Source: Thermoproteus sp. (GTDB taxonomy: Archaea > Thermoproteota > Thermoprotei > Thermoproteales > Thermoproteaceae). Taken from it: a DNA stretch of 64,000 bases. The notes under the pieces are model-generated. The model was not told the origin of the DNA and did no database searches. It worked only from the letters and a program-made list of their open reading frames with translations. The stretch is taken from positions 57,078-121,077 of the forward strand of contig JBMFIG010000002.1 in assembly GCA_049976425.1 (NCBI GenBank). The letters are read 5' to 3'. Below are positions 38,461 through 46,964 of this stretch, one piece after another (positions within the stretch are counted from its first letter, which is position 1; each line of letters opens with the position of its first letter). Position numbers and translations under genes: made by a program.

Positions 38461-38725
38461 GCGTGAATCCGGCCACGCAGTTATTCGCCGGCCATACAGC
38501 CCTCCAGCGCTTTCCCAAGCCCGCCGCCTTACTCTAGGCGGCTCCTCGGCCCCGCCTCAACAACTCAGATAGACGAAGAGCAACCCTCCGTAGGCTTAGA
38601 GATACTCCTTGTCGGTATTCGCGTAATACGTCCTCGGCCCCTGCAGAATCGCCGGTCTATAAACAGACCCGGTCGTTGTCGATTTCGGCGGACTGCCAGC
38701 TCCCGCTACGCGTAGCGGTTGACGG

Positions 38726-38740
38726 CAAAAAGTTTAAAAA
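38726..38740 (+). promoter_or_regulatory. BRE/TATA promoter of tRNA-Glu
   Basis: CAAAAAG-TTTAAAAA about 25 nt upstream of leader start. Confidence 0.7.
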
Positions 38741-38777
38741 TAGCGAAGTGTATGGGGGACGCCCCGGGCGTCGGGGA

Positions 38778-38898
38778 GCCGTGGCAAGCCGGCCACTCCA
38801 ACCGGTCGTCTAGTCCGGTCAAGGATATGGGCCTCTCGGGGCGCCGAAGGCCGCGCCGGAGGGAGCCCAAGACCCGGGTTCAAATCCCGGCCGGGGCA
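38778..38898 (+). tRNA. tRNA-Glu(CTC) with two introns (3/4: 38781-38801; 37/38: 38839-38863)
   Basis: Removing both introns gives GCCCCGG...CCGGGGC-A cloverleaf with anticodon CTC (38835-37) and TTCAAAT T-loop; BHB helices GGAG/CTCC and CTCT/GGAG; CCA not encoded. Confidence 0.92.
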
Positions 38899-38967
38899 TC
38901 CAATTCCTATTGATGCTATGGAGCAAGCCCCTATACGGCCCCTTGCGGCCGTCGGTGCGGGCGGCCG

Positions 38968-38980
38968 TAAAGCTTATAAA
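38968..38980 (+). promoter_or_regulatory. BRE/TATA promoter of tRNA-Asp
   Basis: TAAAG-CTTATAAA about 25 nt upstream of leader start. Confidence 0.7.
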
Positions 38981-39020
38981 CATCGCCCAGTTCTCCGATC
39001 GATGCCCCGGACGTCGGGGA

Positions 39021-39129
39021 GCCGTGGATCCGCCGGCGACGGCGGCCACTCCAACCGGTCGTATAGTCCGGACTAGTATGCGGGCCTGTCGAGCCCGTGA
39101 CCCGGGTTCAAATCCCGGCCGGGGCGCCA
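39021..39129 (+). tRNA. tRNA-Asp(GTC) with 3/4 intron (39024-39054)
   Basis: Spliced cloverleaf GCCCCGG...CCGGGGC-G-CCA, anticodon GTC; same GGAG/CTCC BHB. Confidence 0.93.
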
Positions 39130-39574
39130 CACCTTTCATTCCTCGTGGTATTAATTATCCTCATGGGTGTCTGATATTGGCTTAGTGGAGATTTGTTGTT
39201 TGCAACACTATGTTTATTCTTCGTGCAGTTCTGATATGATACGCATCAAGAGGCTAGTTGAGAAAGTGTGAATTGCGTTACCAGATATGTGATGGTAACT
39301 ATGTGGGGGTGTCTGTTGTGTGGCGCAGTTATTTGTTAAGCAGAGCGATTGTGATAGACCGTAGCAGGTCCAGCGCTGGCGTGAGGGAAATGTATCTAAG
39401 CGGCTTGTATATTTCGTAATGATATCTGCCTTACTCTGTGGTGGGGTGTTTTGGTTATGTAAATGCTGTAGCCGAGCGCGGCTAGTGCCGTGGCTGATGC
39501 GGGGGGTGCCCCGCTCGCCGGTGATTGCGACAAAGGCTATATTACGAGCCTAAGCGTCGCTAGTAAATATCTGA

Positions 39575-40282
39575 TCACAGCTTGACTAGGCCTAGGTAGA
39601 GTCTGCCTAGCTCTTTATTGTTTAGAAGCTCGCTGGCGGGTCCTGTGTAGTTTACGCGACCTGATACCAGTAGGTAGGCTTTGTCGGAGGTTTCGAGTGC
39701 CTTCTTGGCGTTTTGCTCGGCGAGTATTATGGTGTGGCCCATGTCTCTGAGTTTCTGGATAAGGGTTAGTATGTCTGTGGCGAATTTGGGGGATAGCTGG
39801 GCGGTGGGTTCGTCGAATAGGAAGTACTTGGCGTCTCTCATCAAGGCCATTGCCACGGCTATCATCTGCCTCCAGCCTCCGCTGAGTTCGCGGGCTGGTC
39901 TGTTTAGGTAGGGTTTTATGGGGACTATCTCCAGCACCTCCTCCAGCTTTCCTCTGAACCTCTCGGCGTCTAGGGTGTAGGCGGCCATTCTGAGGTTTTC
40001 TAGTACTGTGAGGTTTTGGAAGACGTTTTTTGTCTGCTGTAGGTAGGCTAGGCCGAGCCTGGCCCGTTCATGTGCGGGCATCTTGGTGGCGTCTCTGTCT
40101 CCTATGTAGACGTGGCCTCCGAATATCTTTGCAATTCCCGCGATGGCTTTGAGGAGGGTGGATTTCCCGCTTCCGTTTGGCCCCACGACTGCGGTTATCT
40201 CGCCGGGTCTCGCCTCTAGATCCGCTTCGTAGAGTACCTGCAACTTTCCGTAGCCCGCGTTGAGGGATTTCGCGGCGATCAT
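39575..40282 (-). CDS. livF: Branched-chain amino acid ABC transporter ATPase (LivF-like)
   Basis: GPNGSGKS, LSGG, DEPT..LSP, EQNA, YLG. Confidence 0.9.
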   Translation of the reverse strand: MIAAKSLNAGYGKLQVLYEADLEARPGEITAVVGPNGSGKSTLLKAIAGIAKIFGGHVYIGDRDATKMPAHERARLGLAYLQQTKNVFQNLTVLENLRMAAYTLDAERFRGKLEEVLEIVPIKPYLNRPARELSGGWRQMIAVAMALMRDAKYFLFDEPTAQLSPKFATDILTLIQKLRDMGHTIILAEQNAKKALETSDKAYLLVSGRVNYTGPASELLNNKELGRLYLGLVKL

Positions 40283-41022
40283 TCCCCCAAGTATATCTGG
40301 GCTACTAGGGGGTTTGTGAAGACTTGCTGGGGCGGCCCTTCAAGCACTACTTTACCTTCGTGCATGAAGTAGGCGTAGTCAGCGTAGTCTATGGCTAGGT
40401 CGAGCCGATGTTCCACGACTAGTAGCGCCACCCCGCTCTTGGCCAGATCTCTGAGCCTCTTGAAAAGGTCTAGGGCAAGGCTTGGGTTTAGCCCCGCCGC
40501 TGGCTCGTCTAGTAGGAGGACCTCCGCCCCTGACATCACCGCCCGCGCCAGCTCAAGTAGCTTCATCTGGCCGCCGCTGAGCTCCTCCGCGGGCCTGTCC
40601 CACATGTGGTCCAGCCCCACTAGTTTCAGCAACTGGAAGGCCTTCTCGGCGAGTTCCCTCTCTCCCCTCTGCCATCCGCCGAGGGTTGGCCTCTCCCGCT
40701 GGAGGTTGCCCACCACCACGTTGTCTAGGATCGTAAGCCTATACGCAATGCGGGGGGTCTGGAAGGTTCTGAATATGCCAAGCCTCCTCCGCTCGTGGGG
40801 CGGCGCCTTTGTTATGTTCCTCCCGCCGTAGTATATCCTCCCCCCATCTGGGGGGATTACGCCAGTTATTACGTTTATGAGGGTTGTCTTCCCCGAGCCG
40901 TTTGGCCCGGCTAGGAGGGTAAAAAAGCCCGGTTTCACCTCTACGGTGGCCCCGTCGAGGGCCTTGACTCCGCCGAAGCGCTTGACTACCCGCTCAGCTC
41001 TTAGTAATGGCCCAGATTTCAT
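40279..41022 (-). CDS. livG: Branched-chain amino acid ABC transporter ATPase (LivG-like)
   Basis: FGG..A, GPNGSGKT, RTFQ, LDEPAAGLNP, VEH, YLG. Confidence 0.9.
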   Translation of the reverse strand: MKSGPLLRAERVVKRFGGVKALDGATVEVKPGFFTLLAGPNGSGKTTLINVITGVIPPDGGRIYYGGRNITKAPPHERRRLGIFRTFQTPRIAYRLTILDNVVVGNLQRERPTLGGWQRGERELAEKAFQLLKLVGLDHMWDRPAEELSGGQMKLLELARAVMSGAEVLLLDEPAAGLNPSLALDLFKRLRDLAKSGVALLVVEHRLDLAIDYADYAYFMHEGKVVLEGPPQQVFTNPLVAQIYLGE

Positions 41023-42415
41023 AGTCGGCGATGTCTCTGTCCCCCGCCTCATTTAGCTTGGTGTATCCCGAGGCGCCGAAGTACTTGCCGGCGACATCGG
41101 GAAATATCTGTTGTATCTTCTGGGTGTCTGTGGTGCCGGCTTGGAGTATGGAGTAGGTGATTAGCCAGATAGCGTCGTAGGCGTTGTACGCATAGGAGTC
41201 TGGCTCTCTGTTATAGTTCTGGAGTATGTAGTTGCGGACTCTGTCGTAGTAGGGGCTACGGGCTGGGGCGAACTTGGGGCTGACGAACCCGCCGACCGCC
41301 ACGGCGAACTCGGCGGCGTCGGGGACCAACAGCTCTGTGAGTCCGGTGGAGCCGTCTGCGCCGTACCACTTGACTTGCCTCAGCTCGGGGTACTTGGCGG
41401 CGGTGATGAAGATAGTCTGCAACTCGGCGAATCCAAAGGCGGCGACGGCTACCTTATCAGCACCGTATTTAGACACGGCGTCTCTAACCTTCTGGGCCAA
41501 GACGCTTACCTCTGTGGAGAACTCGCCTTTCTGGGGGTCGTAAGTCGCGGCGCGGATCACCTCGAAGCCTCTGGACTGGGCTAGGGACTCCAAGCCCTTC
41601 ACGAGGCCGTTGCCCCAGTCGTCGTTGCGCCATATCACCACGACGGCCTTCACCCCCGCGTCTTGTAAAATCTTAGATATGGCCCTCACCTGTTTGTTAT
41701 CGTCAGGTGGGAGTCTGAATATGTAGTCGTTGGGTATCGCCAACGCCGGCGCCGTGGAGGATATGGATATTGTGATCAGCTTGTTCTCGTCGGCGTAGGG
41801 CTTCATGGTCCTGACCTCGCCGGAGGTCCTCACCACGTAGAACTTCACGCCTCTGCTGTGGAGAGCCTTCATCTGGTCAAGGGCCTTTGTGGGATCGGCC
41901 GCTGTGTCTGCCACCACTATTCTAATTCTAAAGGTAGCATTTATCTTAGTCAGATATGCGTTTACGTCGTGTTCCGCCAGCCTAGCCGCGGCGACGGCTA
42001 GCTCGCCTAAGGAGGCGAGGCGCCCACTGAGAGGTTGCAACACCCCAATCTCAACGACGTTCGGCGCCTCGGTGGGGTTGACGTCAACTATGACTGGGGT
42101 GAGATAGCCGGAGGGAGGTTGTTGCGCCGGGGGCTGTCCCTTCACCACCTTGTCGTCGGCCGCTATATACATTCCAATAAGAGTCCACTTATAGCTAGGC
42201 GCGGCGGATGTAGTAGCTGTCGCCGTTGGCAATGTAGTTGCCGTTATCTGCGTAGCGGTTGTGGCGGGGGGCGTTGTTGTCGCTGTGGGGGTGATAATCG
42301 GCGGTGGCTGTGTGGATGTTGTGGCTTGTTGAGGCGACACGCTGGCGTAGTAGAGAAGCACCGTTACTGCCACTGCAATAACAGCTATGATTATTCCCAT
42401 TATCATCTTATTCAT
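40994..42415 (-). CDS. Liv-type ABC substrate-binding protein, membrane anchored, apparently circularly permuted
   Basis: N-terminal TM + Thr/Pro linker; IGVLQPLSG, DTAADP, STAPAL, FRL.P.D, AYDAI, GASG...LNEAGDR. Confidence 0.88.
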   Translation of the reverse strand: MNKMIMGIIIAVIAVAVTVLLYYASVSPQQATTSTQPPPIITPTATTTPPATTATQITATTLPTATATTSAAPSYKWTLIGMYIAADDKVVKGQPPAQQPPSGYLTPVIVDVNPTEAPNVVEIGVLQPLSGRLASLGELAVAAARLAEHDVNAYLTKINATFRIRIVVADTAADPTKALDQMKALHSRGVKFYVVRTSGEVRTMKPYADENKLITISISSTAPALAIPNDYIFRLPPDDNKQVRAISKILQDAGVKAVVVIWRNDDWGNGLVKGLESLAQSRGFEVIRAATYDPQKGEFSTEVSVLAQKVRDAVSKYGADKVAVAAFGFAELQTIFITAAKYPELRQVKWYGADGSTGLTELLVPDAAEFAVAVGGFVSPKFAPARSPYYDRVRNYILQNYNREPDSYAYNAYDAIWLITYSILQAGTTDTQKIQQIFPDVAGKYFGASGYTKLNEAGDRDIADYEIWAITKS

Positions 42416-42479
42416 GTGTTGTTGTTTGACTGTATTTTTAAGCTTTAAGCTTTTAAAAGCCAGTTTTCTTTTCGATTTC

Positions 42480-43442
42480 ATGAAGATGATTTATCTAGTC
42501 GGGGCTGTATTTGCCGTATGGGCGGCTGTGTCTTGGTATTTCTGGCCTAGGGAGGTCGTGGACGCCGTGGTATACGCCTCTATTCTCGTGTTGGCCTCTA
42601 TCGGCTTGACGCTCGCCTATTTGACCACGAAGGTGCCCAACTTTGCTCACGGCGTTTTTATTAACATAGGCGTGGTCTCAGCTCTCTCGGTGGCGCAGAT
42701 TTACAAAACTGCGCCGTACGTCGCACTGCCCCTCGCCGTTGCGCTGTCTACCGCCGCGGCGCTGGGGCTGTATTTCTTCCTCCTGCCTCTCTACAAGAGG
42801 CAGAGCTCGCCGGATGTTATGATGATGGCCACGATGGCCTATAATATTGTGTTTATAGGTGTCTTAAATGCATATGCGGACTGGGCCGGGAGGACCTATG
42901 GCATATTCATGAGAGGGATTACCCTAGTGCCGTATGACGTCTCCATAGAGGGCTATCCCGGGGTCTACCTCCTGGCGCCGCTTGCCGCGGTGGCCACCTC
43001 AGTCGCTCTCCACCTCTTTCTCAAGACTAAGGTAGGGGCGGCTTTGAGGGCGGCTGTGGAGAACGAGGAACTAGCCAGATCTCTGGGAATAAACGTGGAG
43101 AGGATGTACGCACTGGCCTGGGCCATAGCGGGCGCCGTGGCGGGGATAGCTGGGGTCTTTCTGCCGCTTTACATCGAGGCTACGCCGGACGTGGGGTGGT
43201 TGCTACTCGTCAGCTTCTTCGCGGCGAGTATAGTAGGTGGTCTTAGCAATATCTATGGGGCCTTGGCTGGAGGGGTTTTGATGGGTTTTGTAGAAGTATT
43301 GGGGACTGTGCAGTTCGCCAGCCTGCTCTACTTCTTGTTTGGGATCCCCCAGTACCAGGTGACTGCCTACAGGCCGCTGGTGCCTCTGCTTGTGATTGCC
43401 GTGACGTTGCTAATCTCTCCGCGGGGCCTGTTGGGGAGATGA
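42480..43442 (+). CDS. livH: Branched-chain amino acid ABC permease (LivH-like)
   Basis: GLTL......NFAHG, TKVGAALRA..EN.ELA..LGIN, P.GLLG. Confidence 0.9.
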   Translation: MKMIYLVGAVFAVWAAVSWYFWPREVVDAVVYASILVLASIGLTLAYLTTKVPNFAHGVFINIGVVSALSVAQIYKTAPYVALPLAVALSTAAALGLYFFLLPLYKRQSSPDVMMMATMAYNIVFIGVLNAYADWAGRTYGIFMRGITLVPYDVSIEGYPGVYLLAPLAAVATSVALHLFLKTKVGAALRAAVENEELARSLGINVERMYALAWAIAGAVAGIAGVFLPLYIEATPDVGWLLLVSFFAASIVGGLSNIYGALAGGVLMGFVEVLGTVQFASLLYFLFGIPQYQVTAYRPLVPLLVIAVTLLISPRGLLGR

Positions 43443-44530
43443 GACTCTACGTTGGACTCATAGCGTACCTGGCCAGCGTAGCGCTTGTATGGGCCACTGG
43501 ACGCGACGTGGTTAGCTACCTACTCACGACTGTGGTTGACATATCTGTATATCTCCTTATTACTCTCTCACTTAACCTAGAAGCTGGCATCGCCGGCATT
43601 CCTAACTTCGGCAGAGTGCTCACCGTAGCCTTCGGCGCCTACGTCGCCGGCGGCGTTGTGGGAAGAGTTGCATTGTGGATAGCCGGCCTTAACTATGACT
43701 ACGTAGCTGACAACCCCTCCGCCGTGTCTGCCCTCGCGAGGAGCTTATCGCAACTTCAAGCCGCCCTACTCCTACTCATGGGGCTGGTCGCCAGCGCCTT
43801 GGTCGGCGCGGCGCTGGGCGCCCTCACCTCTCTGCCGGCGAGGAGGCTGTCAGCTGATTATCTGGCGATTACGTTGCTTGCTTTTGGCGACGTGGCTTAC
43901 TACGTGGGGCTCAACTACGAGCCGCTTGTAGGCGGCACTCTAGGCGTGGCGACGCCGCCGATATACGAGAGGCTTTTTGGAGGCGGCGCCGCGAGAGCCA
44001 TCGGGGCCGCGCTGGTGTCAACAGCCGTAGTGGCCGCCGCGTACGTCCTATTACTGAGGCTGGACAGGTCGCCTTTTGGCAGGATTTTGAGAATACATAG
44101 GGAAGATCCCGAACTGGTCTCTGTGCTGGGGAGGGATCCCGCGTTGCTGAGGGCTTGGACCATGGCTATCGGCGGCGCCGTGTCGGCTGTGGCAGGTCTC
44201 CTCTATGCCCTCTACGTGGGGGCTGTGCATCCAAGGGGTTTCGAGAGGACAACCTTTACCTTCTACCCGTGGCTTATAATGGTGATGGGAGGCATGGGCA
44301 ACAGCCGCGGGGCGGTGGAGGGCGTGTTTATATTTATAGTAATATACCGCCTCCTTGATATATACAAATACGAGGTGGGCGCCGTGGTGGGTTTCGACCC
44401 GGTGTGGCTTGGCTACATGCTGTTCGGCGCCATGGCCATGGTTATTATATTGACAATGCCCAGAGGGATACGCCCAGAGGAGATAAAGCCCCTAACCACG
44501 GAGCTGGTGACCGCCCGGCGGGAGGGGTAG
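43439..44530 (+). CDS. livM: Branched-chain amino acid ABC permease (LivM-like)
   Basis: SLNL..G..G..NFG, DYLAITLLAF, SPFGR.LR..RED, GGMGN. Confidence 0.9.
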   Translation: MRLYVGLIAYLASVALVWATGRDVVSYLLTTVVDISVYLLITLSLNLEAGIAGIPNFGRVLTVAFGAYVAGGVVGRVALWIAGLNYDYVADNPSAVSALARSLSQLQAALLLLMGLVASALVGAALGALTSLPARRLSADYLAITLLAFGDVAYYVGLNYEPLVGGTLGVATPPIYERLFGGGAARAIGAALVSTAVVAAAYVLLLRLDRSPFGRILRIHREDPELVSVLGRDPALLRAWTMAIGGAVSAVAGLLYALYVGAVHPRGFERTTFTFYPWLIMVMGGMGNSRGAVEGVFIFIVIYRLLDIYKYEVGAVVGFDPVWLGYMLFGAMAMVIILTMPRGIRPEEIKPLTTELVTARREG

Positions 44531-44735
44531 AGACGCTAACTAGGGCGTGTTGAGCCAGCGTGTATGCTAGGTAAAAACCGCCGTCCTAGTCTGCCTCGCT
44601 TTCTTGTTCGTCATTATAATACCTGCCACTCTCCCCGAATGGTAATCACTATCTGTTCGATTTCACCGATTTAGTTTTGTTAGAAGTTACTTTGGTATAG
44701 AAATGCTTAAAAATACATGTTCAACAACTAAAGAC

Positions 44736-44906
44736 GTGACAAAGTTGAAGAGTCCATATCTCGGGATGAGAATCCCGGAGGGTCTGTAATTTAACACCGA
44801 CCGAAGCGAGAAGTGCTTCAGAGACTACAAGGGTAAGTGGTTGTTGCTCTTCAGCTACCCTGCCGACTTCACGCCTGTGCGCATCACGGAGTTCGTTGCG
44901 TTCAGT
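44736..44906 (+). pseudogene. Peroxiredoxin (AhpC/Prx6-type) remnant
   Basis: Reads PYLGMRIPEGL*FNTD...[28 protein letters not shown]; in-frame TAA at 44787, peroxidatic Cys codon is CGC, truncated. Confidence 0.85.
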
Positions 44907-45338
44907 ACCTGGATGGACTACTTCTGGCTAACCTCATGGCATCCCTAGGCCGGCGCCGCGGCCCGCCTGCTCTCTGCCAGGCTATACGCCGTGTTTTTCG
45001 CGGCGCTGGCGGAACTCCTTATATACTTCGGCGCAGAGCTAATAGTGGGCGTAGTCGCCCCGCGGAAGAGCTATGCCGTTGTAATGATGGAGTCCCGCAA
45101 AGATCACCAGCACATCAGCTAGCAATATTTACACACGGCACAAAAACTTACGACCAAATTAAGCAACAGAAACATGGAGAGCCGTAGCGCCTTTTAACGA
45201 ACGGCGCGTCTTCCTCAAAAGTACTGAGGCGGATCCGTCGGCTCTCTGTTGTACATGTGGGCGGACGCGGACCTCGCTTGCGAACTTAACGCACCGGATA
45301 CTTTCGCGAGGCGTTGCCGTTCAGTAGTAGTCGCCGGC

Positions 45339-45749
45339 TTAAAGCGGCTTGACGGGCGTGACGGCGCCGCAGGCGGTGCACCTCAACATATAGATGCGTT
45401 CTTCCCTCTGGAGGACGGTGTCTATGGAGCCGCAGACGGGGCATATCACGTAGAACTTGAGGTACCTCTCGTAGACGGCCTCCACGACCTTCGGGGTCCT
45501 CTCGCCGCTGAGGATCAGCGAGTCTCCGTCTATCATGCCGGGCGTGGCCAGCTCCTTCTGGAAGAACTTAGCTATGTGGGCGGGGTCTCTGTTGAGCCTC
45601 TTGGCTATCTGGCCCAAGTTCGCTATCACGGTCCTGCGGGGGAGGTTCTGTATCTCGAGTTTGGGTATCTCGGCCCTTCTCTGGGCCTTGGGCGTGACGA
45701 TCTTGTAGGCCCGCTCCAGGAGGTCCATGTACTCCTTTTCCGAGGACAC
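45339..45749 (-). CDS. eif2b: Translation initiation factor 2 beta subunit
   Basis: LNRDP.H..KF..KELATPG, CPVCGS.DT, CTACGA zinc ribbon. Confidence 0.96.
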   Translation of the reverse strand: MSSEKEYMDLLERAYKIVTPKAQRRAEIPKLEIQNLPRRTVIANLGQIAKRLNRDPAHIAKFFQKELATPGMIDGDSLILSGERTPKVVEAVYERYLKFYVICPVCGSIDTVLQREERIYMLRCTACGAVTPVKPL

Positions 45750-45776
45750 AAAGGCGGCTTGAGCCCTCCTTAAAAA

Positions 45777-46964
45777 TTATACCCTCTCTATCACCACGGC
45801 GGCTCCCTGGCCTCCGCCGACGCAGAGGGTGGCGACGCCTCTGTCCTTGCCCTCTAGCTGTAGCTGTCTGGCGAGCGTGCCTATCAGCCTGGCGCCCGTA
45901 GCGCCCAGCGGATGGCCTATCGCTATCGCGCCCCCTCTCTTGTTCACCCTGTCCTCCTCTATGCCCAGCTCCTTGATGGCGTACAGCGTCACCACGGCGA
46001 AGGCCTCGTTTATCTCCCAGAGGTCTATGTCCCTCACGGTCAGCCCCGCCCTCTCGAGCGCCTTCCTCGACGCGGGGACGGGGCCTTTGCCCATGACGGC
46101 AGGCGGCACGCCGGCGAAGCCGTAGCTGACCATCCTCGCCATGGGCTGGAGGCCGTACTTCTTGACGGCTCTCTCCGACATGAGGAGGACGTAGGACGCG
46201 CCGGTGTTGAGCGGCGACGAGTTGCCGGCCGTTATCACTCCGTCTGCCCTAAACGCGGGGGGCAGTTGGGCCAGCTTCTCGAGGCTGGTGTCGGGCCTCA
46301 CCGACAAGTCCCTATCCACCACGACCCTCCTCCCCTCCTGCTCCACCTCCACCGGTATTATCTCGCTCTTGAAGTACCCGTCTTGCTGGGCCTTGTAGGC
46401 CAGCTGGTGGCTCCTCAAGCTCCATCTGTCCATCTCCTCCCTGGTTATCTTGGTCTCCTCGGCCAGCTTCTCGGCGGTTAGCCCCATGACGTAGCCTATG
46501 TTGAGCTCGTAGAAGGCGTACTCCTCGGTGAAGAACTTGGGGTTGAGGACTATGTGGGGGTTGTCGTACATGGGCACTCTGGACATATGCTCGACGCCTC
46601 CAGCGATCACTATATCGGCCATCCCCGTCGCTATCTCGTTGGCGCCCATGACGACAGAGGTTATCGACGAGGCGCACTGTCTATCCACGGCGGCCGCCGG
46701 CACGGTCACGGGCAGCTTGGCCGCGAACACGACGTGCCTACCGCCGTAGAGGAACCCCTCGCCTGTCTGTAGCGCCATGCCGGTTATTAGGTCGTCCACC
46801 TCCTCGGGCCTTATGCCGTTCCTCTCTATTATGTCCCTCACCACTATCGCGGCGATCTCCTCAGGCCTCATGTTGTAGTAGATGTCTTTCTGCGGCTCCT
46901 TCCTGGTCAATCTGCTGAAGGGGACCCTCCTGAAGTCTACTATGTATACGTTCCGGAGGCTCAT
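45777..46964 (-). CDS. Acetyl-CoA C-acyltransferase (thiolase)
   Basis: RQCASS, NEAF, GHPLGATG, CVGGGQG. Confidence 0.95.
   Translation of the reverse strand: MSLRNVYIVDFRRVPFSRLTRKEPQKDIYYNMRPEEIAAIVVRDIIERNGIRPEEVDDLITGMALQTGEGFLYGGRHVVFAAKLPVTVPAAAVDRQCASSITSVVMGANEIATGMADIVIAGGVEHMSRVPMYDNPHIVLNPKFFTEEYAFYELNIGYVMGLTAEKLAEETKITREEMDRWSLRSHQLAYKAQQDGYFKSEIIPVEVEQEGRRVVVDRDLSVRPDTSLEKLAQLPPAFRADGVITAGNSSPLNTGASYVLLMSERAVKKYGLQPMARMVSYGFAGVPPAVMGKGPVPASRKALERAGLTVRDIDLWEINEAFAVVTLYAIKELGIEEDRVNKRGGAIAIGHPLGATGARLIGTLARQLQLEGKDRGVATLCVGGGQGAAVVIERV

Noticed and set aside
38461-38720. Possible gene remnant and 16-bp palindrome CCGCTACGCGTAGCGG between phoU and tRNA-Glu
   Set aside because: No recognisable product; function of the palindrome cannot be supported
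38761-38801. tRNA-Glu starting at 38761 with a 38-nt intron
   Set aside because: No BHB at that junction gives the right product; the BHB fits G1 at 38778 with a 21-nt intron
38719-39185. ORFs overlapping the tRNA genes and other long antisense ORFs in the track
   Set aside because: Spurious frames caused by high GC; they overlap better-supported features
39490-39530. GATGCGGGGGGTGCCCCGC resembling an IS200/605 end
   Set aside because: No tnpA/tnpB coding remnant visible
45199-45260. RNase P RNA-like motifs on the minus strand
   Set aside because: Motifs are in the wrong order and do not form P4
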